From Octopus vulgaris (lineage: Eukaryota): a stretch of 64,000 nucleotides of DNA. Under the pieces are notes generated by a model. It did no database searches, was not told where the DNA came from, and saw nothing but the letters and a program-made list of their open reading frames with translations. A program made the position numbers and the translations under genes. The stretch is taken from NCBI GenBank assembly GCA_951406725.2, contig OX597815.1:28396001-28460000 (forward strand). The letters are read 5' to 3'. This document shows positions 49,473 to 63,842 of this stretch, piece by piece. Every line of letters begins with the position of its first letter. Within the stretch, counting starts at the first letter, position 1.

Positions 49473-51754
49473 CATAGTCTAACTATACTGATAGATTCTA
49501 GAACAGCTATAGAGATATAGTTCGTAAATGAACACAGATGACTTAAAAGAAAGAATAGAAAAGTTACTTAAGGATGTGTGCTGCATGAAAATTCAAATAT
49601 TTCCAAGACATTTTTATTTAGAACCCAATTTCTGTTTTCAAACATTAAGTTCTAATAATCTCTACCTGCAAGATTTTTATGTTTTGATAATTTCTAAATT
49701 TCTTTTAAATGTATGTTGAGCCATTCAAATTGAGGTTACTTCTGCTGGGAGACTTCTGTAATATTTGGCTGATTTGCTATAATACTCATCTTAATATGAA
49801 TCATCACATTTAGTTGTAGAATCACTTTGGTTATTCTCCGAGAACATTTGCTGTGTAACTTTGTTTTGCAAAAAAAAACAAAAACAAAAAAAAGAAAAAA
49901 TACAGAGATTCTTTCCATTTAATCTCAAAAGTTGAGTCAAAGGGAGTTTTGGATGATATGTGGAAGTGAATGTGCTCTTTTAACCAAGGCTGGACATACA
50001 GAAGAGTGTGCTTGTTATTCAAAGTTAAAGTTAAGGATAAGGTGTGAAGGCAGGTCAAGGTCATGTACTACATGCCTGTTCACAGTACATGGAAGGAAAA
50101 GTACAAGGGCCAAGTGCAAGGGCCACAATACAGCAAGAGTTGAAAGCAAAAGTGCCCACACAACAATATGTTTTAGACAGTGATCTGCTCAAACTTCTAA
50201 GTTTTGATGATATTTGATGGCTACAAGGATTTCCCAGAGATCATCATCATCATTATCATCATCATCATCATCATCATCATTTAACATCTGTTTTCCATGC
50301 TAGCATGGGTTGGACGGTTCGACCGGGTCTGGTAGGCCATGAAGACTGCACTAGGCTCCAGTCTGGTTTGGCAGTGTTTCTACAGCTGGAGGCCCTTCCT
50401 AATGCCAACCACTCTGTGAGTGTTGTGGGTGCTTTTTACGTGCCACCGGAACAGGGCCAGAGGAGGCTGATAGCCTATGTATCATTGATCTCCAGAGAGG
50501 AGATCAATAATACTATTGGTGCAACATAAAATGCTCAGCTGCTATACATAGAGTAGTAAAGATTATACAAAAGCATTCTGCTAACAAGAGGAAAAGAAAA
50601 ACAAAACACATGGCCAACTAACAGCAACAGAGGCAATGACAGCTCACGCACAACACATGCATGCATGCACAGACACACACACACACTCAAATATCCTGGC
50701 AGTTGGTGTTAGAAGGGGAGTTGGTGTTAGAAAGGGCAGTTGGCATTAGGAAGGGCATTCAGCCATAGAAACCATACCAAAACAGATAGGGAGCTTGAAT
50801 AGCACTTCAGCTGGTCAGCTCCTGTCAAACCATCTAATCCACGCTGGCATGGAAAACAGGTGTTAAATGATGATGAGGATGAGGATGATGATGAGGATGA
50901 TATACTTATATGTTGTAACCCTTTTCTGACCCTCTTGTATGATACATTTTGTATTATATGCTTGGGTCCTTGTGGTCGATAACGAAAGGATAACTAAGTG
51001 AAACACCTTCATGTCTCTATTCTGTGGACGAAGAAGACAATAGCAGCTATACTAGCATTTTTATTATTATAATGTATGGAAATCTCTCTGATGTGTACCA
51101 TTTTTTTTTGTCATCAAATAAATTGATGACTTCTATAGCATTATCATTGTTCACTGATTTTCCTCCTCCTCATCCCCTCTTAACCCCTCCTCCTCACTCC
51201 TCCTCCCCAGCCTCCCACTCCTCTCCTCTTTCCTTGCCATTCAGCCACATGTCCAAACACACACTTGCACGCACACACATGCACACATACGCACGCATGC
51301 ATGCATACACACTCACACACACACACACACACACAAACTACACACACACTTTGCAAACATATCAATTACGATGTTCAGTTAAACATTCATTTAGTCTTTC
51401 TGAAAACAACAAGACAAACATATAAAAGAAACAAAAGGTGAAACTACAACTTTAGATCATCTTTCTTTTTGAAATGTTGCACTTCTCAATTTTTCTAAAT
51501 GTCTTGAAGAATCTGTTCAGTGAGGGATAAAACCATTTTTGCCTATGGCATGACGTGGCATACAAGTGGCGAAATGCATGCTGACTCCTAATCATTGACA
51601 TATAGCTAAAAGATTAAAGGTGTTCAGGCACAAAATCAACATTTTCGTTTTGCAGGAATTTGTCATTTCAAAATATTTCTAGTGGAAGCTTACATCTGAC
51701 ATGTTTTTCATCACCGTTATTGTTGTTGACGTCATTATCATCATCATCATCATG

Positions 51755-52065
51755 CACCACCACCACCACCACCACCACCACCACCACCACCACCACCACC
51801 ACCACCACCACCACCACCACCACCACCACCACCACCACCACCACCACCACCACCACCACCACCACCACCACCACCACCACCACCACCACCACCACCACCA
51901 CCACCACCACCACCACCACCACCACCACCACCACCACCACCACCACCACCACCACCACCACCACCACCACCACCACCACCACCACCACCACCACCACCAC
52001 CACCACCACCACCACCACCACCACCACCACCACCACCACCACCACCACCACCACCACCACCACCA

Positions 52066-52066
<1 letters not shown>
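51755..52066. repeat. Pure (CAC)n tract, about 104 units
   Basis: Directly visible. Confidence 0.97.
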
Positions 52067-52103
<37 letters not shown>

Positions 52104-52713
52104 CCACCACCACCACCACCACCACCACCACCACCACCACCATCATCATTATCATCATCATCATTATCATCGCCATCATTGTCATCGTCATCGTCACCAT
52201 TCCTTTAGCATCTACTTCTCTATGCTTGTGTTGGCCAGATGAGAGTATTCTATGGCAGTGCTTTCTACGACTGGATGCCTTTCCTGTCACCAACCCCTAA
52301 CTGTTTCCAAGTGAGATACCAATCTCTCAGACTATTGAGCAACAGCCTAGACATGCTTATGAGCCTTCTGTTTGCAAAAATTGTACAGCATGTCAAGACA
52401 CCTCAAGAACCCCAGAACTGCTTTTGTAGTGGACTGCAAGCAAATGGCATCATCGGTGAAACCATTGCTTACAATAAACCAGTGAAACAAACATATAGAT
52501 GATGAGAAGGAAATGCAAAATCACTCACACATATACACACAGCCTTGTATATATATGAACTCATATACATTCGGTGTCTGCCTACTAAATCCACCCACAA
52601 TGATTTGTTTGACCCGAAGCTATAGTAAAAGACTCTTGCCTGAGGTGCTACACAGTAGGATTGAACCCAAAGACCACATGATTGGGGAACAAAATACTCA
52701 ATGACACAGCCAT

Positions 52714-53866
52714 GCCTGGAGCATTGTCCTGATGAAACAAGAACCCTTTCATCAGTTATTCTGACTGCTTGGTCTTGATAGCCTGTCATAACTGCCTAAG
52801 TAGGTTGGCATAGTACTCTCCATTGATGGTGTGACCCTTCTGAAGATAGTCACGAAGCACAATGCCTTTTACATCCCCAAAATCCTTAGGTCACCTTCCC
52901 TGCAGATGAAACAATCTTGGCCTTTTTTGGAGCTGATAGGAGGGGTGTTTCCACTGCATGGATTGTCTCTTTGTCTCTGGTTCCAAGTGATAAACCTAAC
53001 ACTCATCGCAGGTCAGAAAATGTTCAAGGAAACTCACTGGATCTGCTTCAAACAATGTCAGATTTTCCTGTGATGTGATGTGATCAGCCTGGTGCACTTT
53101 TGATCAGGCGTCAAAAAACGTGGCATTCACTGAGCAGACACCTTCATTATGCTAAGTTCACTGTGTAGAATATTCTCAGCTCTCTCACAGGGTTTGCTAA
53201 TAGCAATGGCTATTTGATTTATGGTTAACTGTATGTTATATGTTTTCCTTGGTGGTAGTAGAGTAGGATGTCCTGATATTGGGTCATCTTCAAGATTCTC
53301 CCTTCCCTTCTTAATTCAGCTGCTCACCTTTGCAGTGTTGATAAAAATGGAACATCATTCCCTAATGTAGCAAGCATGTCAGTATGAACGTCCTGGGGCG
53401 GGGGAGGCTAAGAGCACCAACCGATCGTGGCCGATGCCAGACCCCCCTGGCACCTGTGCAAGTGGCACGTAAAAAGCACCCACTACACTTGCGGATGGTT
53501 GGCCTTAGGAAGGGCATCCAGCTGTAGAAACACTGCCAGATCAGGCTGGAGCCTGGTGCAGCCCCTGGCTTCCCAGACCCCGGTCGAACCGTCCAACCCG
53601 TGCTAGCGCGGAAAACGGACATTAAACAATGATGATGATGATGATGATGATGATACTTGTTAATAATGCAGTGCTAAATTTTGTTCATTTTGAAGAGAAG
53701 TCACTACTAGTGACTTCTGAAGTCTTCTTTGGACAGTCACATATCAGTTTACCTGGAAAGAAACAATTCAGTTATTAATAACAGGTGAAGTAATGCATCC
53801 AAGATTTCACGGCTCTAGCATCACTTCTTCATAGTCAGCCTATGAACTTTTCAGCCCCCACCCTTG
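52714..53866 (-). mobile_element. Degraded mariner transposon (3' end missing), interrupted by an RTE tail
   Basis: WKHP, KKAKIVSSAGKV, DYLQKGHTINGEYYANLL, FHQDNAP; 5' TIR-like caagggtgggggctgaaaagttc next to TA. Confidence 0.8.
53405..53653 (+). mobile_element. RTE 3'-tail nested in mariner
   Basis: Family motifs and (GAT)n. Confidence 0.85.
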
Positions 53867-54641
53867 TATACAATCTAAAAAAGATAACTTTCTGCAAAGA
53901 AAGCAGTGAAATATTATAAACACAACAATTTCTCCAGTAGTCAACCTTTCTCCCCCTCATAACTATGTCATATGTGTGTGTGTGTGCTCATGTATGTGTA
54001 TGTATATATCGATACATGCATATATACACATACACTCAAACACACACATACACACATCATATACAATTACACTTGTATCACAATAGGAACACCAGCCACC
54101 ATATGTATTTACTCATGCTCATGCATACTTACATATTAATATGTATGTATCAGAGCACATTTTATAATTCAATCCTTGAGGGCTTATATATCAGCATATG
54201 CACATAAATATCATATTCATATCAGTACATCTATTTAAACATCTGTGAGTCCATGTTGACACAAAGGTTGTCTTGGAATGTTTTATTTAATGCTGGGACA
54301 TATACCTGTTTATTTATAATATACAAAGAAATATTTGTAATCATTTTTGTAAACTTGTCCATGTCAGCGTGGGTGTGATTTATTTCTTTTATCTTTTACT
54401 TTTTATTTGTTTTGGTTGTTTTATCCCGGCCATGCAGGGGCATGGCATTGAAGGGTTTTGTTAAACGAAACATCCTCTAGTATTTACTTTTTAAAGTCTA
54501 TTACTTATTGTATTGGTTCTGTTTTGTCAAACGGCTAAGTTACATGGTCATAAGCAAACCCACACTGGTTGTCTAGTGATGGTATGGGGAGGGAACAAAC
54601 ACAACCACAAACACACTCACATCTCTCTCTCTCTCTCTTCA

Positions 54642-54830
54642 TATACAAATGTCCCAAAATTAAGGCAACCAACTTTTTTCAATTTTGCCAAACCAAAATA
54701 TTGTCATATTTCAGGTCTGAGCATTGCAATGCAATGGTAAAGGAAACACAATTATGACATAACCACATTTATTTGATATGACCACCTCTGTTTCGAATCA
54801 CAGCCTTGAGTCTAGGTGCGAATGCTTTAC
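54642..54830 (-). mobile_element. Tc1/mariner 3' end fragment
   Basis: C-terminal [14 protein letters not shown]. Confidence 0.65.
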
Positions 54831-54926
54831 ATATATAGATATATATATATACGTATAAATGTATGTATGTACATACGTATAGATGTAAGTATGTACATAT
54901 ATGTATGTATATATATATATACATGT

Positions 54927-55019
<93 letters not shown>

Positions 55020-55063
55020 TATGATTGAACACCATCCATCCTCTTCTGAGTAAATTTTATCTA

Positions 55064-55096
<33 letters not shown>

Positions 55097-55155
55097 ATAT
55101 ATATAACAGAAAGAGAGATGACAAAGAAATAAATGATTATCTTATGAACTTCAAT

Positions 55156-55236
55156 GGCTTACAGCTGTTTCTGCTATAAGATGCAGTGGACTCATAGTTG
55201 AGTGCCTGAATAACACTTTATAGCTTCATTGGAACC
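55156..55236 (-). ncRNA. Degenerate hammerhead-like motif (core CCAAUGA)
   Basis: GGUU/AGCC stem I, GCUAUAA/UUAUAGC stem II, GAAACAGCUGU-A. Confidence 0.55.
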
Positions 55237-56189
55237 TTGAATAGGAAGTGCAATTTATTTGAGACGAAATCACACACACACACACACACACAAAAACACA
55301 CAGAGTTGTCATATCTTCCTTGTTCTTTTGCCTATACATGCTCACTGTTCATGACTGTGCATATGTACTCTTTTAATTCCTCATCTTTTCTACCTTAGCT
55401 TTAATGACATCTACTTTTCAGAACTAACAAAGCTGTTTAACTCCTCTTTTCAAGTCCCATCCATTGCACTCACCAATCTACCAGTTCTTTACTTGTTGTT
55501 CTTATTTATGTCTCACCATCCAGATTCAATACTAAAACACTTTTCTCAAAACCTTATACCCGAATGTCCTTCTCTTACAAGAAATTAAGCATCAATTACA
55601 TTGTTCTTTGTAGTTTTAAGTGAATCTTGGGCATTCTTCTTCATAAAATCAAAGAAATAAACCTTTCTTTTTAACGATGCTCTTTAATCTAACCAACATA
55701 AATTTATTTCTATTCTTCTTCTTATTCAATTACAGGATAACTCATTACATTTTCATTGAGATTGAAATATTCTGATTAGATTTAGTCAGTACCATATTAA
55801 AAGCAGAAGCAATGTTTGATGTATCTTTGTATTCGTCCAATATTATTTTTTCCCATTCTGAAACAGATTCATAGCAAATTGACATTTACAGAAGTGGAAT
55901 GGCTCGAGGAAAGGCTTTTCTCTTGGTCATGCAAATTTAAAATGTTAGCTTTGATGTGATATTTCAACTGTTCTGTCACTGCTATAGATTGATTCTTAAA
56001 TGTCAGGATGTGTTATGTGTTAAGTGAGGAAACATTTAGATAAATCTGATTAATCAATTGATTATAAAAGAAAATTTATAAATATTATATATTTGGTGAT
56101 ATTGACTTCTCACAATATGACCAGACTGATAAATATATGTAAATAGGGGTATAATCCAACCTCTCTCTCTCACACTCTCACTCTCTCTC

Positions 56190-56246
<57 letters not shown>

Positions 56247-56374
56247 TTTAATGTCCATTGTCCATACTGGCATGGGTTGGACAACCTGATATATATATAT
56301 ATAAAATTTAGTCAATAGACTAAATTTTGACTAAATTTTTCCTTCTCACTAGACCACTGGTAACAAAGAATTTT

Positions 56375-56810
56375 TTTGAGGCAAGTGAAAATCAAAATCA
56401 AAATCGAAATCGATCAACATCAATGGAATTTGTAGTTATGATACCAGTGCCGGTGGCACGTAAGAGAACCATCCGAACGTGGCCATAGCCAGTGCCACAT
56501 CAACTGGCACGTAACAAACACCATCCAATTGTGGCCGTTGCCAGCCTTGCCTAGCCTCCGTGCTAGTGGCACGTAAAAAGCACCATCCGAGCATGGCTGT
56601 TCGCCAGCCTCGTTTGGCACCTGTGTTGGTGGCACGTAAAAAGCACCCACGACACTCATGGAGTGGTTGGCGTTAGGAAGGGCATCCAGCTGTAGAAACA
56701 CTGCCAGATCTGACTGACCTGGTGTAGCCTTCAGGCTTCCCAGACCCCAGTTGAACCATCCAACCCATGCTAGCATGGAAAGCGGACGTTAAACGATGAT
56801 GATGATGATG
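56375..56810 (+). mobile_element. RTE 3'-UTR copy with four sub-repeats
   Basis: Repeated tggcacgtaa units. Confidence 0.85.
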
Positions 56811-56967
56811 ATATATATATATGAGCAAAAACATTCAAGTATTTACACTCAAAGTAAGATGTTAGTATTGTTATTATCATCTGCAGGGAATATTTTTAAT
56901 TAATAATATTAACAGCAGTAACACAGGTGGTTCAACAGGTCTAATAGCATTCTATAGCTACAAAATT

Positions 56968-57252
56968 TAAAGTTAGCACAAGGCATGAGGATGCAGAAAA
57001 AGCATCAACCTGTTTAGAAATAGGAGCTGAATTCCTAATTCAACAGCTGGAAGGCACCAAATAGCAGAAAAACAACAGTAGGTGAGGAAACGGATAAAGA
57101 ATTAAGACATTAAAAAAGCATACCTTTAAAGAATATGCCATTCAGATACTCATATACCATGGTTTCGGATTCTGACCTAAATTAGGAATTTAGCACTTAT
57201 TTCTAAACAGGTTGATTCCTTTTCTGTATCCTCATGCCTTGTGCTAACTTTA
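56968..57252. mobile_element. MITE with ~72-bp terminal inverted repeats
   Basis: taaagttagcacaaggcatgaggat..ttcctaatt mirrored at about 57180-57252. Confidence 0.8.
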
Positions 57253-57253
57253 G

Positions 57254-57321
<68 letters not shown>

Positions 57322-57329
<8 letters not shown>

Positions 57330-57697
57330 GTTCAGAGATTTATTATTGCTTGTTTACACTTTTTCGAGATCAGTGACTTTTTGTCAATGGAAAAAGGATA
57401 TATGTATTTGCATTGGGATCCCTTTGCATCGAAGACCGGTGATTGTCGTGCGCTGATGACTGGTAAATATTCAGAAACCTGGGTCCATGTGTATCACATC
57501 AGGTCGACGATGGGAAGGATGACTTCCCTTTGCAAATACCGATAGGGCACAGAAAGTGTGTCAATAGCCAGCTGGAGATGTTCTCCTGGGGCTACAAGCT
57601 ACAGTAACATCCACCCTTAGTGGTTAGCCACATTTAGATGGCAAATATACTTCACATTGTTGTGCAGTTACTGTTTATACCTCGTTCAGAGATTTAT
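57322..57697 (+). mobile_element. Retrozyme-like 354-bp unit with 22-bp terminal redundancy, in (TA)n
   Basis: tataccttgttcagagatttat / tatacctcgttcagagatttat at the ends; contains a hammerhead. Confidence 0.65.
57447..57491 (+). ncRNA. Minimal type I hammerhead ribozyme, core intact
   Basis: CGUGCG-CUGAUGA-CUGGUAAAUAUUCA-GAAACCUGGGU-C-CAUGUG. Confidence 0.7.
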
Positions 57698-59399
57698 GAT
57701 ATATATATATTGAAAGCACAAAGTCATATAGCTAAGGTGGGGTGAATGACCAATAGAAAATGATTGAGAGATGAAATGTCACTGGAGGGAGTTGTAGAGG
57801 AAAGTGTGGGATGTAATGAGTTGGGGTATGAGTAAAAAGTTAAAAGATATCAATTTGTCTTCAATTTGACTATAGGGAGAATGTACTAGGATCAAAGGAT
57901 TGAGTGACTGTATTGAAGATTGCCACAATAAAAAACTCCTATAGGTAAACAATTGATATAGCTGATGTTTCTTGGCAAATTAGCGAATTCTGTGGATGAG
58001 AAGTGGTCGGGCAGTTGAAGTGCTAAATGACAAAATAATAAGATAGAAGAATAAAAGAATAAAAGTACAGAGAAGTGATGATATGTTAACGAGCTTTAGT
58101 ACGATGAAATCAGGGTTTGGTTAAATGATAAACTGATAAATAAGTGAAACTTAGTGGAGCTTATTGGTAGGGCAGTACTAAGAAGATGAAGGATTAAGAA
58201 GATAAATAAAGATAAGGAATTAAATATTAGAGTTTATGGGTGAAATATGAACAAAAGTTATGGGTAAAATTAAAACCGAAATAACATAAGGAAATATTAA
58301 AGATTAAAATTGAGATTAAACGAAAATAAGGTGTAAGGAAACAGTGGTTCTTACTAAAGAAAAGGTAGATAAATACAAAGTTTGCTAATGGTGATTTTCT
58401 TCAACTCCAGCTCTCTCATTATAAATGTTTTCCTGCCCTTCACAATCCATAGACTTTAGGGATCTGTCCACTTATCCAGTATTTCACACAAAGATGCACC
58501 CTGGCACATTTCCACCATCTCTCTCACTCTTCCTCTCATACTTGATCTCTCTCACTCTTACTCTCTATCTGTTTGCTCTCTTTCACTCTTGCTCTCTCTC
58601 ATTCTTGCTTACACACACACACAGACACAGACACACATACACTTTCAATCTCTCTCTCTCTCACTCATTCTCTCTCTCTCATTCTCTCTTTCTCACTCAT
58701 TCTCTCTCTGGTTCTGGGTTCAGTTTCTCTGCATGGAAACTTGGCCAAATGTCTTCTACTATAGCATCAGGCTGACCAAAATCTTGTGAATGGATCTGGT
58801 GGACAGAAACTGAAAGAAGTTCATCAAATGTGTGTGTGTGTGTGTTTGAGAAACAAACACGCATAACTTTTTTTCTTTTAAAACTTCTTTGCATGAGATT
58901 GAAACCATGAAATTCCTTGAATTGAGCTCTATCCTTTAAGCTTAATTAAAATATAGTTTGTTTTTAAAATAAAAAAGTTAATTATACTTAAATCCAATTT
59001 GTTGCCTTATATTTTTTTCATATTTTATCTCACAACATTTTTAATACAAATTTTTGTTGCATGGGACCAAAACTGAAATTCCTCATGTTTTCTTCTATTA
59101 CTGAAGCTAAGATAAAAGTATTTTGCTTTCAAAATACAAAAATTATTTAGATCTAAACTTGATTGGAGGTTTTACTTACTCTCCTATAAAATTGCTACAA
59201 ATTTTGATGTGAACTTTTTTCTACCGGACCTTTCTTTTTATGCCAAAATGTAGCTAGGGACCAGTCCTCTTTAAAAACGTTGACAGTTTTCAATTTGGTT
59301 AAGAACTGAATTAGCGACAAGCTCTGAAAGATGCTGCATGTGAGTAAATTGTGGCCTTAAGAATATTATTCAACTACTACTGTAATTGAATGATATATA

Positions 59400-60496
59400 C
59401 AAGGTGTGGACAGTATTTGAGGACAGGCATTTTTAGTCATTATTTTATTTGACTAATTTTTATTGAACTTCTATTTCAGAAAATAACAATGACAGGCCCT
59501 ATGCTTACTAATGAAATGAAAAGGCATGCTGTGATTATGGCTTTGAAGGCTAAGCATGGTGATTTAGAAATTTTTCATTTTCTGAGAGTTGCAAGATCTT
59601 TTGTCCACAACATTTGGTGTGAGTTAGAGAAAGAAGATGGAAGTGTATTACCTGTATCAAAACGTAAAAAAAACATTCAAAACGCTCTGGTTGTATCAGG
59701 ACACCTGAATTTATGCAGGAAGTTGAATAAAACATTGAAAACAATCCAGGAAAATCAATGCAAAAACATTTTGTGTGTCAGAAAAAACAATCAGAAATAT
59801 TGTGCATGAAGACATCAGAAACATATCTTATGTGATGAGGAGGGGTCAATTCATGTCAGAAAAAAACAAAAGAAAACTGTTTAATCAGATCCAAAAGACA
59901 TTTGAACAAATTAAAAAATCCATCAGAAGATGGTGTGATTTGGTTTTTCTCAGATGAGAAAAACTTTGACAGGAACAAGAAAACTAACAAGAAATAACAG
60001 ATGGCTATGTGCAGAACGTTCTGAGATTCCAAGTGTAATGCACACGAAATTTCCTGCAAGTGTCATGGTTTTGGGTGTTGTTAGCAATGAAGGACAAATG
60101 ATGCTTTCTCACTTTTTCCACAAGGTCTTAGGGTGAATGCTGCTGCATATATTGAGGTTCTGGATAAAGTTGTTAAGCTTTGGATCAACAGTGTAAGCAA
60201 TGGAAGACCTTATGTCTTTCAACAAGATTCTGCACCATCACACAAGACTCAAATGACACAAGAATGAATGGCTAACAATTTGAATGATCACACATTACCC
60301 CCAACATTTGGCCCCCTAATTCTCCAATCAACTAGACTACTATGTATGGAGCATTGTTGAGAAAAATGTCAATGGACATCACCATAGCACCAAAGATTCT
60401 TCAAAAGCTGCCACAGAACAAAGACCACATAATCTGAGCTTATTAAGTGTTTTTTTTTTAAACATAAATCTGTCCTCAAATACTGTCCACACTCTG
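59400..60496 (+). mobile_element. Tc1/mariner transposon, maT (DD37D)-like, degenerate transposase from 59489
   Basis: TIR gtgtggacagtatttgaggacag, TA flanks; FSDEK, TKFPASVMVLG, FQQDSAPSH, WPPNSP, LDYYVW. Confidence 0.88.
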
Positions 60497-60675
60497 TATA
60501 GATATAGGATTCTCTTTATCATCCCCATCATCATCATCATTTAATGTCCATCATCCAAACAAGAATAACAACAGAATGTTTACTGATTACATGCCTCTTA
60601 TACTGAGAGCAGAGAAAAATTTTGGTCGAAGAAACTGATAAGTGAAACTTAAGTCCCAGTTAACTTAATCTTCAT

Positions 60676-61203
<528 letters not shown>

Positions 61204-61849
61204 TATCATCACCAACACCACCACCACCACCACCACTACCATCATCATTATTTAACACTCATCTTCCATACTGGCAACGGTTGATAACATGTATGAGTGG
61301 CTATCAATTTATCTTGAATAATGAGAGAAGTTCAGAACACTGAATTCATGAAGAGTACATGTGCTAACATGGAGCAGTGCTGAAACTAAAGACACAGGCA
61401 TCCTTACTCCACATCAAAAGCAAACCAAGGTGGTTAAGTAGTAAATAATTGTTTCTCAATACAGTCAACAACTGGCTCATAGGACGGTGTTTCTTTTCTC
61501 TGCTTCAGCTAAAATAGTCTCAACTCTACAAAAGCTACAAACCACATCTTCTTCAGCCTGCTCAATGCAAACAGTTTACCTCTTATCAAATCTGTTGTGT
61601 CTCACCTAGCAGATTCTGCTCTGAAGAATTTTCTCTTATTCCTCTTTCACTAAAACAATCTATGTTCTCTCTACATACGTTCACCCACAGAAATACACTA
61701 CTGAATGTCCTCAGCCCTGATTTTTTCCAAATCAGTGGTTGAGGTGGGTTACAAATATTCATAAATGCAACTAAAATGTTTCAACCAATTACATCAGTAT
61801 TCAAGATGTGATGGAAAACAGCTAACCAAGTCTATGCAACAACAAAAAG

Positions 61850-61905
61850 GAAGAAGAAGAAGAAGAAGAAGAAGAAGAAGAAGAAGAAGAAGAAGAAGAA
61901 GAAGA

Positions 61906-61936
<31 letters not shown>

Positions 61937-62060
61937 GGAGGGTGATGAGGAGGAGGGGGAAGAGGAGGAGGGGGAGGGTGGTGGTGGTGGTGGTGATGAT
62001 GATGATGATGATGATGATGAGGAGGAGGAGGAGGAGGAGGAGGAGGAGGAGGAGGAGGAG
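61850..62060. repeat. (GAA/GAG/GAT)n microsatellite
   Basis: Directly visible. Confidence 0.95.
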
Positions 62061-62619
62061 TGAAGTGAAGAATAAGAAGAGCAAGAAAAACAGTTTAAAT
62101 GGAAGACAACAATGATATCGGTGACAAAAACTTGCTAATTTAATGATGGAACTGCTACACTTCCTAAATTCCCAAATGGTTTCATATCAAAGCAACAACT
62201 ACATCTCCTATGTTTTGAAATTCCTTTGGTATTTAGATAGACACGCAATCAATTAAATCTGCATAGTAATTGCAGACTGCTGTAGTTTAACTATTCCTTC
62301 ATAACGAACTATCAATAACATTATGACTAAGCCTGAAAATTAATTGGCAGAGTTACCCATGGGAAATAAAATCATTGTTCTCATTCATTGGATTACTGTC
62401 GAATTTCCATTTACACTTATATTTATTGATTTTCTTTTTTTTTTCTTTATCTTTATGGGTTTTATTTATTTTATTTTAAGCCAACCACTTACAGAAACAG
62501 AATTAACCAATTTGTTCATTTTAGCTAAGGAGCTGGTTCTAAAGTATATAATTATTAATTTTAGAGTTCACAATCTATTTGTTTGTCTGTCTGTCTGTCT
62601 ATCTGTCCATTACCTTTTA

Positions 62620-63000
62620 TCTTTTCTTTATTTTAGTTATTAGACTGTGGCCATGTTAAGGCACCACCTTGAAGGATTATAGTCAAATGTATCGACCCCA
62701 GTGCTTTTATTGTTTGTAAAGCCTAGTACATATTCTATCGATTGCTTTTGCCAAATGCCTAAGATATGAGGACATAAACATCAATGTTGGTTGCCAAGTG
62801 GTGATGGGGGACAAACACAGACACAAAGACACACACGGACTAGCAATGGGCTTCTTTCAGTTTCTGTCTACCAAATCAATTCACAAGCCTTTAGTTGGTC
62901 CAAGGCTATATTAGTAGAGACTTTCCCAAGGTGCCACAGTGGGACTGAACCCTGAACCATGTGGTTGAGAAGCAAACTTCTTACTATACAGCCATGCCTG
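62620..63000 (-). mobile_element. SINE family A (diverged)
   Basis: Family motifs. Confidence 0.78.
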
Positions 63001-63084
63001 TATGTGTGCATGTGTGTGTATGTACATGCATATATGTGTGTTTATGTGTGCATGTGAATGTATGTATATATCATAATCATCCTT

Positions 63085-63308
63085 GGTGAGCTGGCAGTAA
63101 TGTTAGCATGCCGGGTGAAATGCCTAGCAGTATTTCGTCTGCCGTTACGTTCTGAGTTCAAATTCCACTGAGGTCGACTTTGCCTTTCATCCTTTCGGGG
63201 TCGATAAATTAAGTACCAGTTACGCACTGGGGTCGATGTAATCGACTTGATATCTTTGTCTGTCCTTGTTTGTCCCCTCTATGTTTAGCCCCTTGTGGGC
63301 AATAAAGA
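63085..63308 (+). mobile_element. SINE family B
   Basis: Full copy. Confidence 0.88.
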
Positions 63309-63344
63309 AATATATATTTGATTGATTGATTGATTTTTATTGAT

Positions 63345-63842
63345 TTTTAGTTTCAGCTCATTGAGCTGTGGCCATGCTGGGGCACCGCCATTTGGTGTTG
63401 CTACACGGTTTTACTTCATGAAAGCTTTTTAGCGACTGCCATTTGGTGCATGAGAGAGTTCGATGCAGCTGCCTTCATCTGCACCTCCTGCCGTGAAGTT
63501 GGTTCATCTGGACACCTGACAGGAGGAGATCCAGTTTCATTTTAAAGACATCTGCATCCACCCCATGCAGGTCTCTTAGGTTCTTCGGGAGGATATTGAA
63601 GAGCTGTGGGCCTCGGAAGCCCAGGCTATCACATTATCTTGTCCTACATCTTGATGGCAAATTTGGAGTCCTAGGCACCACTCAGTGGCGCCCAGTTCTG
63701 GCATTTGTGTAACTCTCGATGCCAAAGTTCGGGACACGTCCCTCCAGGATCTTCCAGATGTATATTATGGCATATCTTTCCCGCCTACACTCCAAGGAAT
63801 ATAGTTTTAATCTCTTGAGTCTTTCCCAGTAGCTTTCACGAA
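63345..63842 (-). mobile_element. CR1-clade LINE 3' fragment
   Basis: SYWERLKRLKLYSLECRRERYAIIYIWKIL; GPQLFNILP. Confidence 0.85.

Noticed and set aside
55380-56050. Coding-like composition (also 61300-61760)
   Set aside because: No sustained frame or motif that I could identify
56440-56660. Regularly spaced tggcacgtaa repeats resembling a CRISPR array
   Set aside because: Spacers are mutually similar, the context is a LINE 3'-UTR in a eukaryote, and there are no cas genes
60634-60660. ctgataagtgaaacttaagtc, hammerhead-like
   Set aside because: No room for stem II and no convincing stem I
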